A stretch of DNA of 64,000 nt from positions 1 to 64,000 of the IMG/VR virus record IMGVR_UViG_3300037585_005926. The stretch is one strand, 5' to 3'. A model generated the notes under the pieces. It ran no database searches and had not been told where the DNA came from. It saw only the letters and a program-made list of their open reading frames with translations. The stretch's first letter is position 1. Each line of letters starts with the position of its first letter. The translations under genes were made by a program, and so were the position numbers. Source of the DNA: an uncultured virus (IMG/VR IMGVR_UViG_3300037585_005926). Its lineage: Duplodnaviria > Heunggongvirae > Uroviricota > Caudoviricetes. This document shows, piece after piece, positions 25,518 to 35,080 of the stretch.

Positions 25518-25991
25518 ATGTCAATTATTCAAAAACTACAATCACTCAACCTATCACCAGATACGGTAGTAAATCTAAGCTATAGCGAGGGCACAGACGT
25601 TTTCGTTCATAATGAAACGGAAGTGGAAGACGCCTTGTCAGAGACAGATGTGGTTAGCACTTTTGCTGACCTAATCGCAACCCGCGGCCTGCGTGTCTCA
25701 CAACAGTATGGGGGCAGCATTATTGAGCAACTTCGCGCTGACGATCTTCTTGATAACTACGAACGCGACGGTGATTTTGCAACTTTCCTGGCGGATGTAC
25801 TTGAAGAAAACTTCTATGAGTATGATTTCATTGAATCTTCAACTGAAAAGTACGACCATAAAAGAGGCTTTTGCACCTTAAGTGCTAACGTAAAAGTTCC
25901 ACTTTCAGACATTATTGAACACAGCCCCTATTTGGGAAGCTGGGAAGTTTCAGTAAAGACCGACAACGGGACTTTGACCATAGAGGCTTAG
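25518..25991 (+). CDS. acidic hypothetical protein
   Basis: AAGGAG upstream, 157 aa. Confidence 0.75.
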   Translation: MSIIQKLQSLNLSPDTVVNLSYSEGTDVFVHNETEVEDALSETDVVSTFADLIATRGLRVSQQYGGSIIEQLRADDLLDNYERDGDFATFLADVLEENFYEYDFIESSTEKYDHKRGFCTLSANVKVPLSDIIEHSPYLGSWEVSVKTDNGTLTIEA

Positions 25992-26040
25992 AGATAAGCA
26001 AAAGGTTGGCGGCTTGCCTATATGTTGAAAGCCGCACTAA

Positions 26041-26116
26041 TGGGGTGTAGTTCAATTGGCAGAACGCCGGACTGTTAATCCGGAGGTTATTGGTTCAAAT
26101 CCAGTCGCCCCAGCCA
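26041..26116 (+). tRNA. tRNA-Asn(GTT), second divergent copy
   Basis: TGGGGTG/CGCCCCA, CCGGA-CTGTTAA-TCCGG, ATTGG-TTCAAAT-CCAGT, CCA. Confidence 0.93.
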
Positions 26117-26119
26117 TTT

Positions 26120-26194
<75 letters not shown>

Positions 26195-26221
26195 TTTTAT
26201 ATTCTGCCCATATATACTATT

Positions 26222-26389
26222 GTGGGCCTTAATAGAAAACTTGAAATAGCGGCAGAAATGACAGTACTAGCCATAGCAATGTTTCTAGCTGCATTTTTCT
26301 GTTTTCGAGTGCTTTTGCTACCAAAAGCCACCACGGGTGCAATAGATAAAATTTATGAAGCCGAAGAAATCATATCAGAAAAACGATAA
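26222..26389 (+). CDS. small membrane protein
   Basis: GTG 5 nt after CATATATA; hydrophobic VLAIAMFLAAFFCFRVLLL. Confidence 0.55.
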   Translation: MGLNRKLEIAAEMTVLAIAMFLAAFFCFRVLLLPKATTGAIDKIYEAEEIISEKR

Positions 26390-26609
26390 AGTACTTGTTA
26401 AATCTTTCACAGGCAAAAATGTTTGTGTAACTTTAAGAAAAAGATATATTGCCTTGCAATCTGAACTTAAGCTCGGAGTTGACGGCTGGAATGCTCAAAT
26501 AACTCTTAAAAAAGAAGTTGATAAATTGCGTAAGCACGGGGTACCATATGAAAAGGGCTCCAAGCCAATGGTCTTTGTAGCCGATTGGCAAATCATCAAA
26601 AAGTATTGA
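26355..26609 (+). CDS. hypothetical basic protein
   Basis: 84-aa ORF. Confidence 0.6.
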   Translation: MKPKKSYQKNDKVLVKSFTGKNVCVTLRKRYIALQSELKLGVDGWNAQITLKKEVDKLRKHGVPYEKGSKPMVFVADWQIIKKY

Positions 26610-26634
26610 CAGCTTGGTCTTGACCGGTTATAAT
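26606..26634 (+). promoter_or_regulatory. consensus sigma70 promoter for uvdE
   Basis: TTGACA-17 bp-TATAAT. Confidence 0.85.
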
Positions 26635-26661
26635 GTATATGTACTTGTAGGAGGGTATAAC

Positions 26662-27594
26662 ATGAACCATTTAGGCTACGCCTGTATCAACCAGGGCTTT
26701 TCCACGCTGCCAAAGTCGCAGCGCATCACAACTAACCGTACTATGATCAAGCGCACATATCACGATCGCGGTATTGAGTACGCTTCCGAGCTTGCTCTGC
26801 AAAATCTCCGCGATTTGCACACTATTCTTGAGTGGAATCTTGCCAACGATATTTACTTTTATCGGCTTTCTTCCGATATTGTTCCTTGGGCTTCCGAGTA
26901 TGACCTTGTAGACATGCCTAATTTCGGCGCTATACACGCCGCGGCACTGAGGGCGGGCAACTTTGCCCGCAAGCACGGAATGCGTCTCACATCGCATCCT
27001 GGGCCGTTTAACAAGCTAGCATCACCCAAGGAGCGTGTATATCAACTCACCAAGACTGATTTGTCGGTTCACGGTGACTTATTTGACCTTATCGGTTTGC
27101 CTCGCACTCCGTACGCCAAGCTCAATATTCATGTCGGTGCTGCCTATGGGGACAAGCCGTTCGCTCTCGACAACTTCTGTCGCAACTTCGAACGTTTGCC
27201 TGACAATGTGCGCTCACGCCTTACTGTCGAGAACGATGACAAAGCTTCGTTGTACTCTACCAAGGAGTTGTATGACGGTGTTTACAAGCGCATCGGTATT
27301 CCGATTGTATTTGACTATCACCACCACATGCTTCATCCCGGCGGTCAGTCCGAGCAAGAAGCACTTGAACTTGCCTTATCTACGTGGGGTGATATCAAGC
27401 CAGTTGTTCATTATGCAGAATCTCGCTCGCTTGAGCACGGCAATCCCAAGATCAAACCACAAGCACATTCTGACCTTGTATACAATACTCTTAATGACTA
27501 TGGCCACAAATTCGATATTATGATTGAAGCCAAGCACAAAGAGTTGGCGCTCTTAAAATATCGTCAGAATCTACAGACTTTGGCGGCAAAGTAA
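26662..27594 (+). CDS. uvdE: UV DNA damage repair endonuclease
   Basis: LGYACIN, FYRLSS, RLTSHPG, NIHVG, VENDD, FDYHHH, HSD, DIMIEAKHKE; AGGAGG upstream. Confidence 0.95.
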   Translation: MNHLGYACINQGFSTLPKSQRITTNRTMIKRTYHDRGIEYASELALQNLRDLHTILEWNLANDIYFYRLSSDIVPWASEYDLVDMPNFGAIHAAALRAGNFARKHGMRLTSHPGPFNKLASPKERVYQLTKTDLSVHGDLFDLIGLPRTPYAKLNIHVGAAYGDKPFALDNFCRNFERLPDNVRSRLTVENDDKASLYSTKELYDGVYKRIGIPIVFDYHHHMLHPGGQSEQEALELALSTWGDIKPVVHYAESRSLEHGNPKIKPQAHSDLVYNTLNDYGHKFDIMIEAKHKELALLKYRQNLQTLAAK

Positions 27595-27602
27595 ACGTAT
27601 TG

Positions 27603-27610
27603 ACTATTTA
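27603..27610 (+). promoter_or_regulatory. putative late promoter
   Basis: ACTATTTA upstream of phoH. Confidence 0.5.
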
Positions 27611-27631
27611 CTCTGACACCATAGGGGTAAA

Positions 27632-28966
27632 ATGGCTAAAAAAAATTATGTTCTCGACACCAGTGTATTACTAACTGATGCTAACGCGATATTTAAGTTT
27701 GACAATCATGATATATTTCTTCCACTGAAAGTCTTGGAAGAAGTCGACGGACACAAGAAGCGACAAGACTCAGTTGGCTCTAACGCTAGACAGTTCATAC
27801 GTTTCATGGACGAGTTTAGAGCTAAGGGTTCTCTTCAGAAAGGCGTTAGAATAGATAAAGGTTTAGGTATACTTAAGGTCGTCTCTTATAGCGATCTTAA
27901 GGATATAATATTTCCACCTGATCTCGATATTCGGCTGCCTGACCACACTATCATAGCCACAGCGAAATCAATTCAGTCTGTATATGAGAGAAAGAAAACT
28001 ATTGTTGTCAGTCGCGACATCAATATGCGAGTTATTTGCGACTCCATAGGTCTTGATGCTGAGGATTACATTTCCGAAAAAGCAGTTAAGTCTTCGGAAG
28101 AGCTATACACAGGGTTTGTAATCCACGCAGTAGATGATCAAGTAATCGATCGGTACTACTCCGGAGAAGATATATACATCTCAGAAGATGAAACAGAATA
28201 TGTGTGGTGCCCAAATCAATATGTCATGATGGTATCTAATGCTAATGAGAAGAAATCCGCATTAGCGCGCTTTAAAGACCACTTCACGCCATTGCAAAAG
28301 GTAATCCATAAGAGTATCCCCGATTGGAACATAGACGCAAGGAACAAGGAACAGGCCTTCGCAATCGATATGCTGTTGGATCCTAACATTAAGATTGTTT
28401 CTTTGATTGGTCGTGCTGGGTCAGGAAAGACACTCATGGCTATCGCAGCAGGACTACAACAGACCATCGGCCTCCGAGCCGAAAACAATCACTATTCACG
28501 CCTCATTGTATCCAGGCCGGTGCAGCCTCTTGGCAAGGATATCGGGTTTTTGCCGGGTACTATGGAAGAAAAAATGCTCCCATGGCTGATGCCGATTCAA
28601 GACAATCTTAAGTTTTTGATGGGCGACAGAACTTCACTTGAGATGTACATGGAAAAAGGCAAGATTGAGTTGGAAGCCTTAACTTATATTCGCGGCCGCT
28701 CCATTGCAAACGCCTTTATCGTTATTGATGAAGCTCAAAACTTAACAAAGCATGAAATAAAAACGATTATTACACGCATCGGAGAAGGAACAAAAATTGT
28801 ATTGACTGGTGATATTGAACAAATTGATAACGTATATGTAAACGAGACATCAAATGGTCTTGCACATGCTGTGGAGAAGTTTAAAGAGTTCCCAATCGCT
28901 GGACACGTTACGTTTAGAAAGGGCGAACGCTCTGAATTGGCAACGTTGGCATCAAAGGTTCTGTAG
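27632..28966 (+). CDS. phoH: PhoH-family ATPase with N-terminal PIN domain
   Basis: YVLDTSVL (PIN), GRAGSGKT, IGFLPG, YIRGRS, IDEAQN, GDIEQID. Confidence 0.93.
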   Translation: MAKKNYVLDTSVLLTDANAIFKFDNHDIFLPLKVLEEVDGHKKRQDSVGSNARQFIRFMDEFRAKGSLQKGVRIDKGLGILKVVSYSDLKDIIFPPDLDIRLPDHTIIATAKSIQSVYERKKTIVVSRDINMRVICDSIGLDAEDYISEKAVKSSEELYTGFVIHAVDDQVIDRYYSGEDIYISEDETEYVWCPNQYVMMVSNANEKKSALARFKDHFTPLQKVIHKSIPDWNIDARNKEQAFAIDMLLDPNIKIVSLIGRAGSGKTLMAIAAGLQQTIGLRAENNHYSRLIVSRPVQPLGKDIGFLPGTMEEKMLPWLMPIQDNLKFLMGDRTSLEMYMEKGKIELEALTYIRGRSIANAFIVIDEAQNLTKHEIKTIITRIGEGTKIVLTGDIEQIDNVYVNETSNGLAHAVEKFKEFPIAGHVTFRKGERSELATLASKVL

Positions 28967-28976
28967 ACAAAAGAGA

Positions 28977-29005
28977 TTTACAAAGTGATAGTCTCGTGTT
29001 ATATT
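28977..29005 (+). promoter_or_regulatory. sigma70-type promoter
   Basis: TTTACA-17 bp-TATATT with extended -10 TG. Confidence 0.6.
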
Positions 29006-29042
29006 CTATTTAATAGGGTAAGCCGGAGAAGAAGGACGAGCT

Positions 29043-29819
29043 ATGAATTTTGAAAATCTTGGAAAAACTTATGAAAAACAAAAATATTGTATAATAAATA
29101 ATTTCACAAACTTTGACGAAAAACAAATTTTAGAATACTATGATACCTGCAGATATGGCACCATTAGTGATCTCACCGGCGGCCCGTATGCGCATGTGCC
29201 CGGGCTCCGTACGCTTCGCCCTCCCGGTGATATGGGGCCGTTCTATGAAGTAAGATTGGGTGGAGCAGAACATAATACAGACGATAATGCGATATCAAAG
29301 CTTTTTAGAGAACTATGTTTAATTCGAACAAAAGTTTTATACTATGCTTCAAATCCCCTTATAATGAAGACATTTTCATTTCTTTCTGGCCGGTCAGAAA
29401 CGACATGCTCATTAGAAGTCGCAAATTCCATTACCGAAGCTGAATGGAAAGACCTAACAATGGAAATAATGAAAACATATCAAGGTTGGTCGAGATTTAT
29501 GCACTATGATTTAGAGCACCATTGCTTGTTCAAACATGTTGATTCTGCTGATGATATAATAGCTATATTATTGCTATCACGCCCCGGATATGATTATACA
29601 GGCGGCTTATTTATGGAACATCCAGTGACAAAAGAAATAACATGTGTGGACTCACTTATGTCAAAAAACGATTTATTGATAATTGATGGTAACTATTATA
29701 AACATTGGGTTGAACAAAAGCCTATAACTACGAAATCGCGTTTTTCATATTTTATAAATATGAACCCGTGCTCAATACAAGGAGCTAAAATTTTCTCGGA
29801 GGTCTTAGAAGAAAAATGA
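29043..29819 (+). CDS. 2OG-Fe(II) oxygenase-like protein
   Basis: KHVD, DYTGGL, DLLII...KHWVE, RFS (HxD...H...RxS). Confidence 0.7.
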   Translation: MNFENLGKTYEKQKYCIINNFTNFDEKQILEYYDTCRYGTISDLTGGPYAHVPGLRTLRPPGDMGPFYEVRLGGAEHNTDDNAISKLFRELCLIRTKVLYYASNPLIMKTFSFLSGRSETTCSLEVANSITEAEWKDLTMEIMKTYQGWSRFMHYDLEHHCLFKHVDSADDIIAILLLSRPGYDYTGGLFMEHPVTKEITCVDSLMSKNDLLIIDGNYYKHWVEQKPITTKSRFSYFINMNPCSIQGAKIFSEVLEEK

Positions 29820-29896
29820 CAGCAACAGAGACACAAGATTTTATTGACGAAGATATTACAGATCACGCCGCCGGCAGTGATCCATACATGAAATAA
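29816..29896 (+). CDS. possible 26-aa acidic peptide
   Basis: ATGA overlap; MTATETQDFIDEDITDHAAGSDPYMK. Confidence 0.3.
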   Translation: MTATETQDFIDEDITDHAAGSDPYMK

Positions 29897-29937
29897 GATG
29901 ATTATGACAACAGAATTTTAAAAAAATAGGAGTTAAA

Positions 29938-30234
29938 ATGTCTGAAAAAAAACCAAGTGCGGTAGCACAAACTGAAGAGCAAATACACACAAATCCTATG
30001 CTATCTATGATAGTAGAAAAGGATTCCGAACTGAAAGATTACCTTGTCGAATTCGCCGGCAAGAAGTTTGACAAAGAAGAGGTCACAGTTAACATGATTG
30101 CAGAAGTCATGGCAATGGACTTCCCAGAATTTATGTATCCGCTTGCAGAAGAAAACTTTCTTCTTGGATATAAACAGGGGTTAGATGATGCTGAAACATT
30201 ATATAATAGAAAAACAGAACAATCTGAAGAATAA
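29938..30234 (+). CDS. hypothetical protein
   Basis: AGGAG upstream. Confidence 0.75.
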   Translation: MSEKKPSAVAQTEEQIHTNPMLSMIVEKDSELKDYLVEFAGKKFDKEEVTVNMIAEVMAMDFPEFMYPLAEENFLLGYKQGLDDAETLYNRKTEQSEE

Positions 30235-30877
30235 AACTGTGGATTTTTACACCCCAACGGGCCTCCATGTCTTTTTTCAGCATCCGGTTGAAAATATTGA
30301 TGTTGAAAAGGTTATTAGTCAAGTAGAGGATACGATACCTCACCATCTTTTGAGTGAGGTAGAAATGATTATATTTGGCTGGTTTGACGAGTTTGAAGAA
30401 CGCTCGATAAACGCCTTCTACAATGACAACGCTCTTTACATCTCACATCTTCAAGAAGATGAGAAAGATTTGTTTGACGATATTGTGCACGAGATCTCCC
30501 ACTCTCTAGAAAGCCCCTATGGATATCAGATATACGCAGATGATAAAATAAAAGATGAGTTTTTGCGCAAGCGTATACACCTTCATGATATCTTGTGGAA
30601 ATCTGGTTACCGCGCACCAAAGGCATTCTTTATGGACACAGAATATAACGAAGAATTCGATATGTTTCTATACGAAAAAATAGGATATGATAAATTGTCT
30701 GTGTTTGTACAGGGTCTATTTCTAAATCCATATGCTGCCACCTCGTTAAGGGAGTATTTTGCCACAGGATTTACTGAGTTCTTTGTAGAGTCAGAGCACG
30801 CCTTCATGGAAAAGGTCAGCCCGGCCCTATATCAGAAACTAATAAAGATGCAGAACCCTATTGAATTTGACATGTAA
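30185..30877 (+). CDS. zincin-like HExxH protein
   Basis: INAFY...IVHEISH...YAATSLREYFA. Confidence 0.65.
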   Translation: MMLKHYIIEKQNNLKNKTVDFYTPTGLHVFFQHPVENIDVEKVISQVEDTIPHHLLSEVEMIIFGWFDEFEERSINAFYNDNALYISHLQEDEKDLFDDIVHEISHSLESPYGYQIYADDKIKDEFLRKRIHLHDILWKSGYRAPKAFFMDTEYNEEFDMFLYEKIGYDKLSVFVQGLFLNPYAATSLREYFATGFTEFFVESEHAFMEKVSPALYQKLIKMQNPIEFDM

Positions 30878-30895
30878 CCTGCAACAGGTTATAAT
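30867..30895 (+). promoter_or_regulatory. consensus sigma70 promoter with palindromic spacer
   Basis: TTGACA-17 bp-TATAAT; TAACCTG-CAA-CAGGTTA at 30875-30891. Confidence 0.85.
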
Positions 30896-30916
30896 ATAAA
30901 AGCAATAGGAGCACAT

Positions 30917-31687
30917 ATGCCACATATATCATATTCTGAATTAAAAGATTGGAAATTCTGTCCATTTTATCACAAGTTAACGCGAGTTGACAAGATTGAC
31001 GGATTCAAAGGCAACGAATACACAGCGTTCGGTACTGCAATGCACTCTGTTTGCGAAAAAACACTCTTGCAAGAAGAGATTAACGAAGAATTCTTTGTTC
31101 AAGAATTAAAGAAGAATATATCTGATCTTGACGAGGACATAGAAATAAACAAAAAACTAGTTGTTGACATGTTCGGCCAAGGTAAACGAATTATTCCAGA
31201 GATAGAGGCCGCGCTCAATCAATACTTCGAAGAGTATGAAGTATTAGCAGTAGAATTACCTCTCTTTGAACCAATCGTGGGAGAAGAAGAATACCAGTTC
31301 AAGGGTTATATCGACGCAGTGGTCACTACCCCTGATGGTAAAGTACATATTTTTGATTGGAAAACATGTTCTTGGGGTTGGGATATGAAAAAAAGAAGTG
31401 ACCCAATCATTGCATATCAACTCACACTATATAAAAACTATTTTTGCCAAAAGATGGACGTAGACCCAAAAAATGTTGAAACACACTTCGCACTTCTTAA
31501 GAGAACCGCCAAAAAAGAGAATGTAGAATTCTTCAGAGTTACCAGCGGCCCGAGAAAAACTGAAAATGCCCTTAAACTTTTGAACACAGCGTTGTACAAT
31601 ATAAAAAATAAGCGCCATATTAAAAACCGCCTCTCTTGCACCGGCGGATATGGTTGCAAGTTTTATAAGACAGAACACTGTCCCTAA
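30917..31687 (+). CDS. PD-(D/E)XK nuclease (RecB/Cas4-like exonuclease)
   Basis: ISYSE...CP, FGTAMH, FKGYID, IFDWKT, QLTLY, C-terminal Cys cluster. Confidence 0.88.
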   Translation: MPHISYSELKDWKFCPFYHKLTRVDKIDGFKGNEYTAFGTAMHSVCEKTLLQEEINEEFFVQELKKNISDLDEDIEINKKLVVDMFGQGKRIIPEIEAALNQYFEEYEVLAVELPLFEPIVGEEEYQFKGYIDAVVTTPDGKVHIFDWKTCSWGWDMKKRSDPIIAYQLTLYKNYFCQKMDVDPKNVETHFALLKRTAKKENVEFFRVTSGPRKTENALKLLNTALYNIKNKRHIKNRLSCTGGYGCKFYKTEHCP

Positions 31688-31701
31688 GGAAATATAAAAA
31701 T

Positions 31702-32988
31702 ATGCAAAAGAAAAAGATTTTGGTTATTGCTGACCACCCACTTTCACCTTCTGGTGTTGGTACTCAAACAAAATACATGATTGAGGCCCTCCTCAAGACA
31801 CAAAGATACAAGTTTGTCTGCCTAGGTGGCGCCATGAAGCACGCTGACTACAATGCCGTCAACGTAGAACCATATGGTACAGACTGGACAATCTACCCTG
31901 TCGATGGGTATGGTAATCATGAGATTATTAGATCGGTACTACAAAAAGAAAAGCCAGACTTGCTTTGGTTTATGACCGATCCTCGTTTTTACGAATGGTT
32001 GTGGGAGATTGAAAATGAGGTCCGCGCAAACTTGCCGATGGTATATTACCATGTGTGGGATAACTTTCCCGCGCCACACTTTAATGGAAAATGGTATCGG
32101 TCTAATGACCACGTTGCATGCATTTCAAAAGTAACACATGAGATTGTCAAAGAGGTGGCACCGCAGGTCAAGTCTTCTTATATGCCACACGCCGTTAATC
32201 CAAGTATTTTTAAACCTTCGGTAACTTCTGAAGAAAAGATTGAAGTTACAAAAATAAGAGAAAATATTCTTGCCGCTTCAAAAGAAAAATTTGATAACCC
32301 TAAGAAGAAGATATTCTTTTGGAACAGCCGCAACGCTAGAAGAAAGCAAAGCGGCACACTTATTTGGTGGTTTAAGGAACTCTTAGATGAGGTGGGTCAT
32401 GATAAGGCCGTACTTCTGATGCATACAGACCCTAGAGACCCACACGGTCAGGACTTACCACACATAATTGAGCATCTGGGTGTTGCAGACGGACAAGTTT
32501 TGATTTCTTCTAACAAGGTAGCCCCCGAGGGCTTAGCCGCAATGTATGGCGCATCTGATTTTACTATTGGTATTAGCGATGCAGAGGGCTTTGGCTTGTC
32601 GACTTTGGAATCACTTAGTTGTGGTACTCCAATCATAGTCAATATGACAGGCGGCCTACAGGAGCAGGTAACAGACGGTAAAAATTGGTTTGGCTGGGGG
32701 ATACAGCCGTGCAGCAAGGCAATTATTGGTTCGCTCCAAGTGCCTTACATCTATGAGGATCGTATATCACAAGAAGACTTTAACAAGGTTATGAAAAAGG
32801 CCCTTGCACTATCTGGGCCTAAATACAAAAAAATGGCAGAGATGGGCCTACAACATGTTAAGGACAACTATAACTTTGAGGATTACGAAAAGAACTGGAC
32901 CAGCCTTATTGATGAAGTTATCGAAGAAAATGGCTCCTGGGAAACAAGAAAAAATTATGAACGTTGGAATCTAATGGAGGTTTTATAA
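31702..32988 (+). CDS. GT-B (GT4-like) glycosyltransferase
   Basis: SGVG, RNARRK, AEGFGLSTLESLSCGTP. Confidence 0.9.
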   Translation: MQKKKILVIADHPLSPSGVGTQTKYMIEALLKTQRYKFVCLGGAMKHADYNAVNVEPYGTDWTIYPVDGYGNHEIIRSVLQKEKPDLLWFMTDPRFYEWLWEIENEVRANLPMVYYHVWDNFPAPHFNGKWYRSNDHVACISKVTHEIVKEVAPQVKSSYMPHAVNPSIFKPSVTSEEKIEVTKIRENILAASKEKFDNPKKKIFFWNSRNARRKQSGTLIWWFKELLDEVGHDKAVLLMHTDPRDPHGQDLPHIIEHLGVADGQVLISSNKVAPEGLAAMYGASDFTIGISDAEGFGLSTLESLSCGTPIIVNMTGGLQEQVTDGKNWFGWGIQPCSKAIIGSLQVPYIYEDRISQEDFNKVMKKALALSGPKYKKMAEMGLQHVKDNYNFEDYEKNWTSLIDEVIEENGSWETRKNYERWNLMEVL

Positions 32989-34235
32989 TGAAAAAAGTAT
33001 TATTAAGGGGCCCCGTATTAACGCGCTCCGGCTATGGCGAACAAGCTCGATTTGCACTTAGAGCATTACGCAGCAGGGAAGACGTGTTTGACATCTATAT
33101 CAACCCCATACAATGGGGAGGAACTAGCTGGTTAAGCGACATTACAGAAGAGCGTACATGGATTGATCAAATTATTGAAAAAACCATTCACTATACCCAA
33201 CACAGCGGCAAATTTGATTACTCAGTACAGGTTACAATACCAAACGAGTTTGAAAAGCTCGCTGATGTCAATGTTGGCTATACCGCTGGAATAGAAACAA
33301 CAAGAGTCTCTCATGAATGGATTCATGAAGCAAATCAGATGGATCGAGTAATCGTTGTTTCAACGCACTCTCGCGATGTATTCGAAGATACTACCTACGA
33401 CGCTCATTATGAACAAACCGGTGAACAGTTTACCCTTAGAACAACCTCCCCAATCGCAGCAGTAAATTATCCTGTAAAAGAATATGAGGATATGAAACCA
33501 TTAGCGCTTGATTTGACAACGGAGAAAAACTTTGTATGTGTCGCGCAGATGGGCCCCCGAAAGAACCTTGACAATACAGTGGCCTGGTTCGTGGAAGAGT
33601 TTTTCAATGATGAAGACGTGGGCCTGATAGTCAAAACAAATTATGCTAAAAATAGTTTAGTTGACAAAGAGGTCTGCCATGGCCGTTTGTTGAATATTCT
33701 ATCGACATATCCGGATAGAAAATGCAAGGTGTATCTTTTACACGGCGATATGACGGATAAAGAAATGCATGAGATCTACCTCCATCCTAAGGTGGTAGCT
33801 GCAGTTTCGTTTACTCATGGTGAAGGCTTTGGCCTCCCTCTTTTTGAAGCAGCATATATGGGTATTCCTGTCGTAGCCACCGGTTGGTCCGGCCAGCTAG
33901 ATTTTCTTTGCGATAAATCTAGAAAAGAATATTTTTATAATGTATCTTTTGATATTCAACCCATTCCTGACAATGTAGTGTGGGATGGTGTTTTGATTAA
34001 AGATTCAATGTGGGCATATCCCCGAAAAGAATCAGCGCAAAAGCAGATGCGCGCATGTCTTAACGACATCAAGGACAATCAAGGCATCGATGCTCAAGAA
34101 TATGCCAAACAATTGAGAGAAAGATTTAGTGAAGAAAGTTTGTATAAAGATTTTATAAATGCAATGGGTATAACTGAAGACGATTTTGATGTTGAAAACT
34201 GGCTAGACAATTTAGGACTTGAAGAAATAGAGTAG
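32988..34235 (+). CDS. GT-B (GT4-like) glycosyltransferase
   Basis: SGYG, PRKN, HGEGFGLPLFEAA..GIPVVATGWSG. Confidence 0.9.
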   Translation: MKKVLLRGPVLTRSGYGEQARFALRALRSREDVFDIYINPIQWGGTSWLSDITEERTWIDQIIEKTIHYTQHSGKFDYSVQVTIPNEFEKLADVNVGYTAGIETTRVSHEWIHEANQMDRVIVVSTHSRDVFEDTTYDAHYEQTGEQFTLRTTSPIAAVNYPVKEYEDMKPLALDLTTEKNFVCVAQMGPRKNLDNTVAWFVEEFFNDEDVGLIVKTNYAKNSLVDKEVCHGRLLNILSTYPDRKCKVYLLHGDMTDKEMHEIYLHPKVVAAVSFTHGEGFGLPLFEAAYMGIPVVATGWSGQLDFLCDKSRKEYFYNVSFDIQPIPDNVVWDGVLIKDSMWAYPRKESAQKQMRACLNDIKDNQGIDAQEYAKQLRERFSEESLYKDFINAMGITEDDFDVENWLDNLGLEEIE

Positions 34236-34243
34236 TGAGTTAG

Positions 34244-35080
34244 ATGAAAATAGTATTCATAGCCGACGCTTTTGCGGAACAAGTGCTTGGCGGCGGCGAA
34301 CTAAATAACGAAGAATTACTCAAGATGTTGGCACAAGATGGCCACGACGTATTAAAAATTAATAGTCATAAAGTTACAATAGAGTTTATTGACAGACATA
34401 TAGAATCGAAGTTTATCATTGCAAACTTTGCGAATCTAAAACCTGCCCTCAGGGATAAGATCTGTGACACAGTGTATATTATATACGAACACGATCATAA
34501 ATATTTGAATACAAGAAACCCGGGTGAGTATCCGGGATTTAAAGCACCGAAAGAAGAAATAGTCAATATAGAACTGTATAAAAATGCCCGAGCAGTTCTG
34601 TGTCAATCACAGTTTCATTTGGAAATAATAAAAATGAACACTGAGCTTGATAATCTGGTTAATTTAAGCGGTAATCTTTGGTCACTGCGCTCACTTGACT
34701 TAATGAAAGCAATGGCTGAAAAGCCGAAGTCTGAGTGTTGCTCAATTATGCAATCAAACATTATACATAAAAACACCCGTGAGGCTATTATGTATTGTAA
34801 ACATAAAAAAATGCCGTATAAATTGGTTTCTAGTAAAAATTATGAGTCTTTTTTGGATCAGTTGAGTGAAAACAAAACTTTATTATTCTTACCAAAAACC
34901 CCGGAAACACTCTCACGAGTTGTAGTTGAAGCAAGAATGATGGGAATGAGCGTCATCGTTAATAAAATGATTGGAGCGACTCGGGAGCCTTGGTATGAAC
35001 TAAAAGGCAAAGATCTGATTGAATATATGCGCGTAAAAAGAAAAATGATAAAAGACGTAGTTTTGGAGGAGTTATCATGA
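34244..35080 (+). CDS. glycosyltransferase-like protein
   Basis: GGGEL N-terminus; PETLSRVVVEARMMG. Confidence 0.75.
   Translation: MKIVFIADAFAEQVLGGGELNNEELLKMLAQDGHDVLKINSHKVTIEFIDRHIESKFIIANFANLKPALRDKICDTVYIIYEHDHKYLNTRNPGEYPGFKAPKEEIVNIELYKNARAVLCQSQFHLEIIKMNTELDNLVNLSGNLWSLRSLDLMKAMAEKPKSECCSIMQSNIIHKNTREAIMYCKHKKMPYKLVSSKNYESFLDQLSENKTLLFLPKTPETLSRVVVEARMMGMSVIVNKMIGATREPWYELKGKDLIEYMRVKRKMIKDVVLEELS

Noticed and set aside
26009..26040. PreQ1 or SAM riboswitch (hairpin followed by ACTAA)
   Set aside because: Lacks the conserved loop and A-tract, and precedes a tRNA rather than a CDS
27035..27523. 162-aa alternative-frame ORF inside uvdE
   Set aside because: Explained by uvdE codon bias; no RBS or motif
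30917..31687. cas4 as part of a CRISPR-Cas system
   Set aside because: No other cas genes or array; stand-alone PD-(D/E)XK nucleases are common in phages
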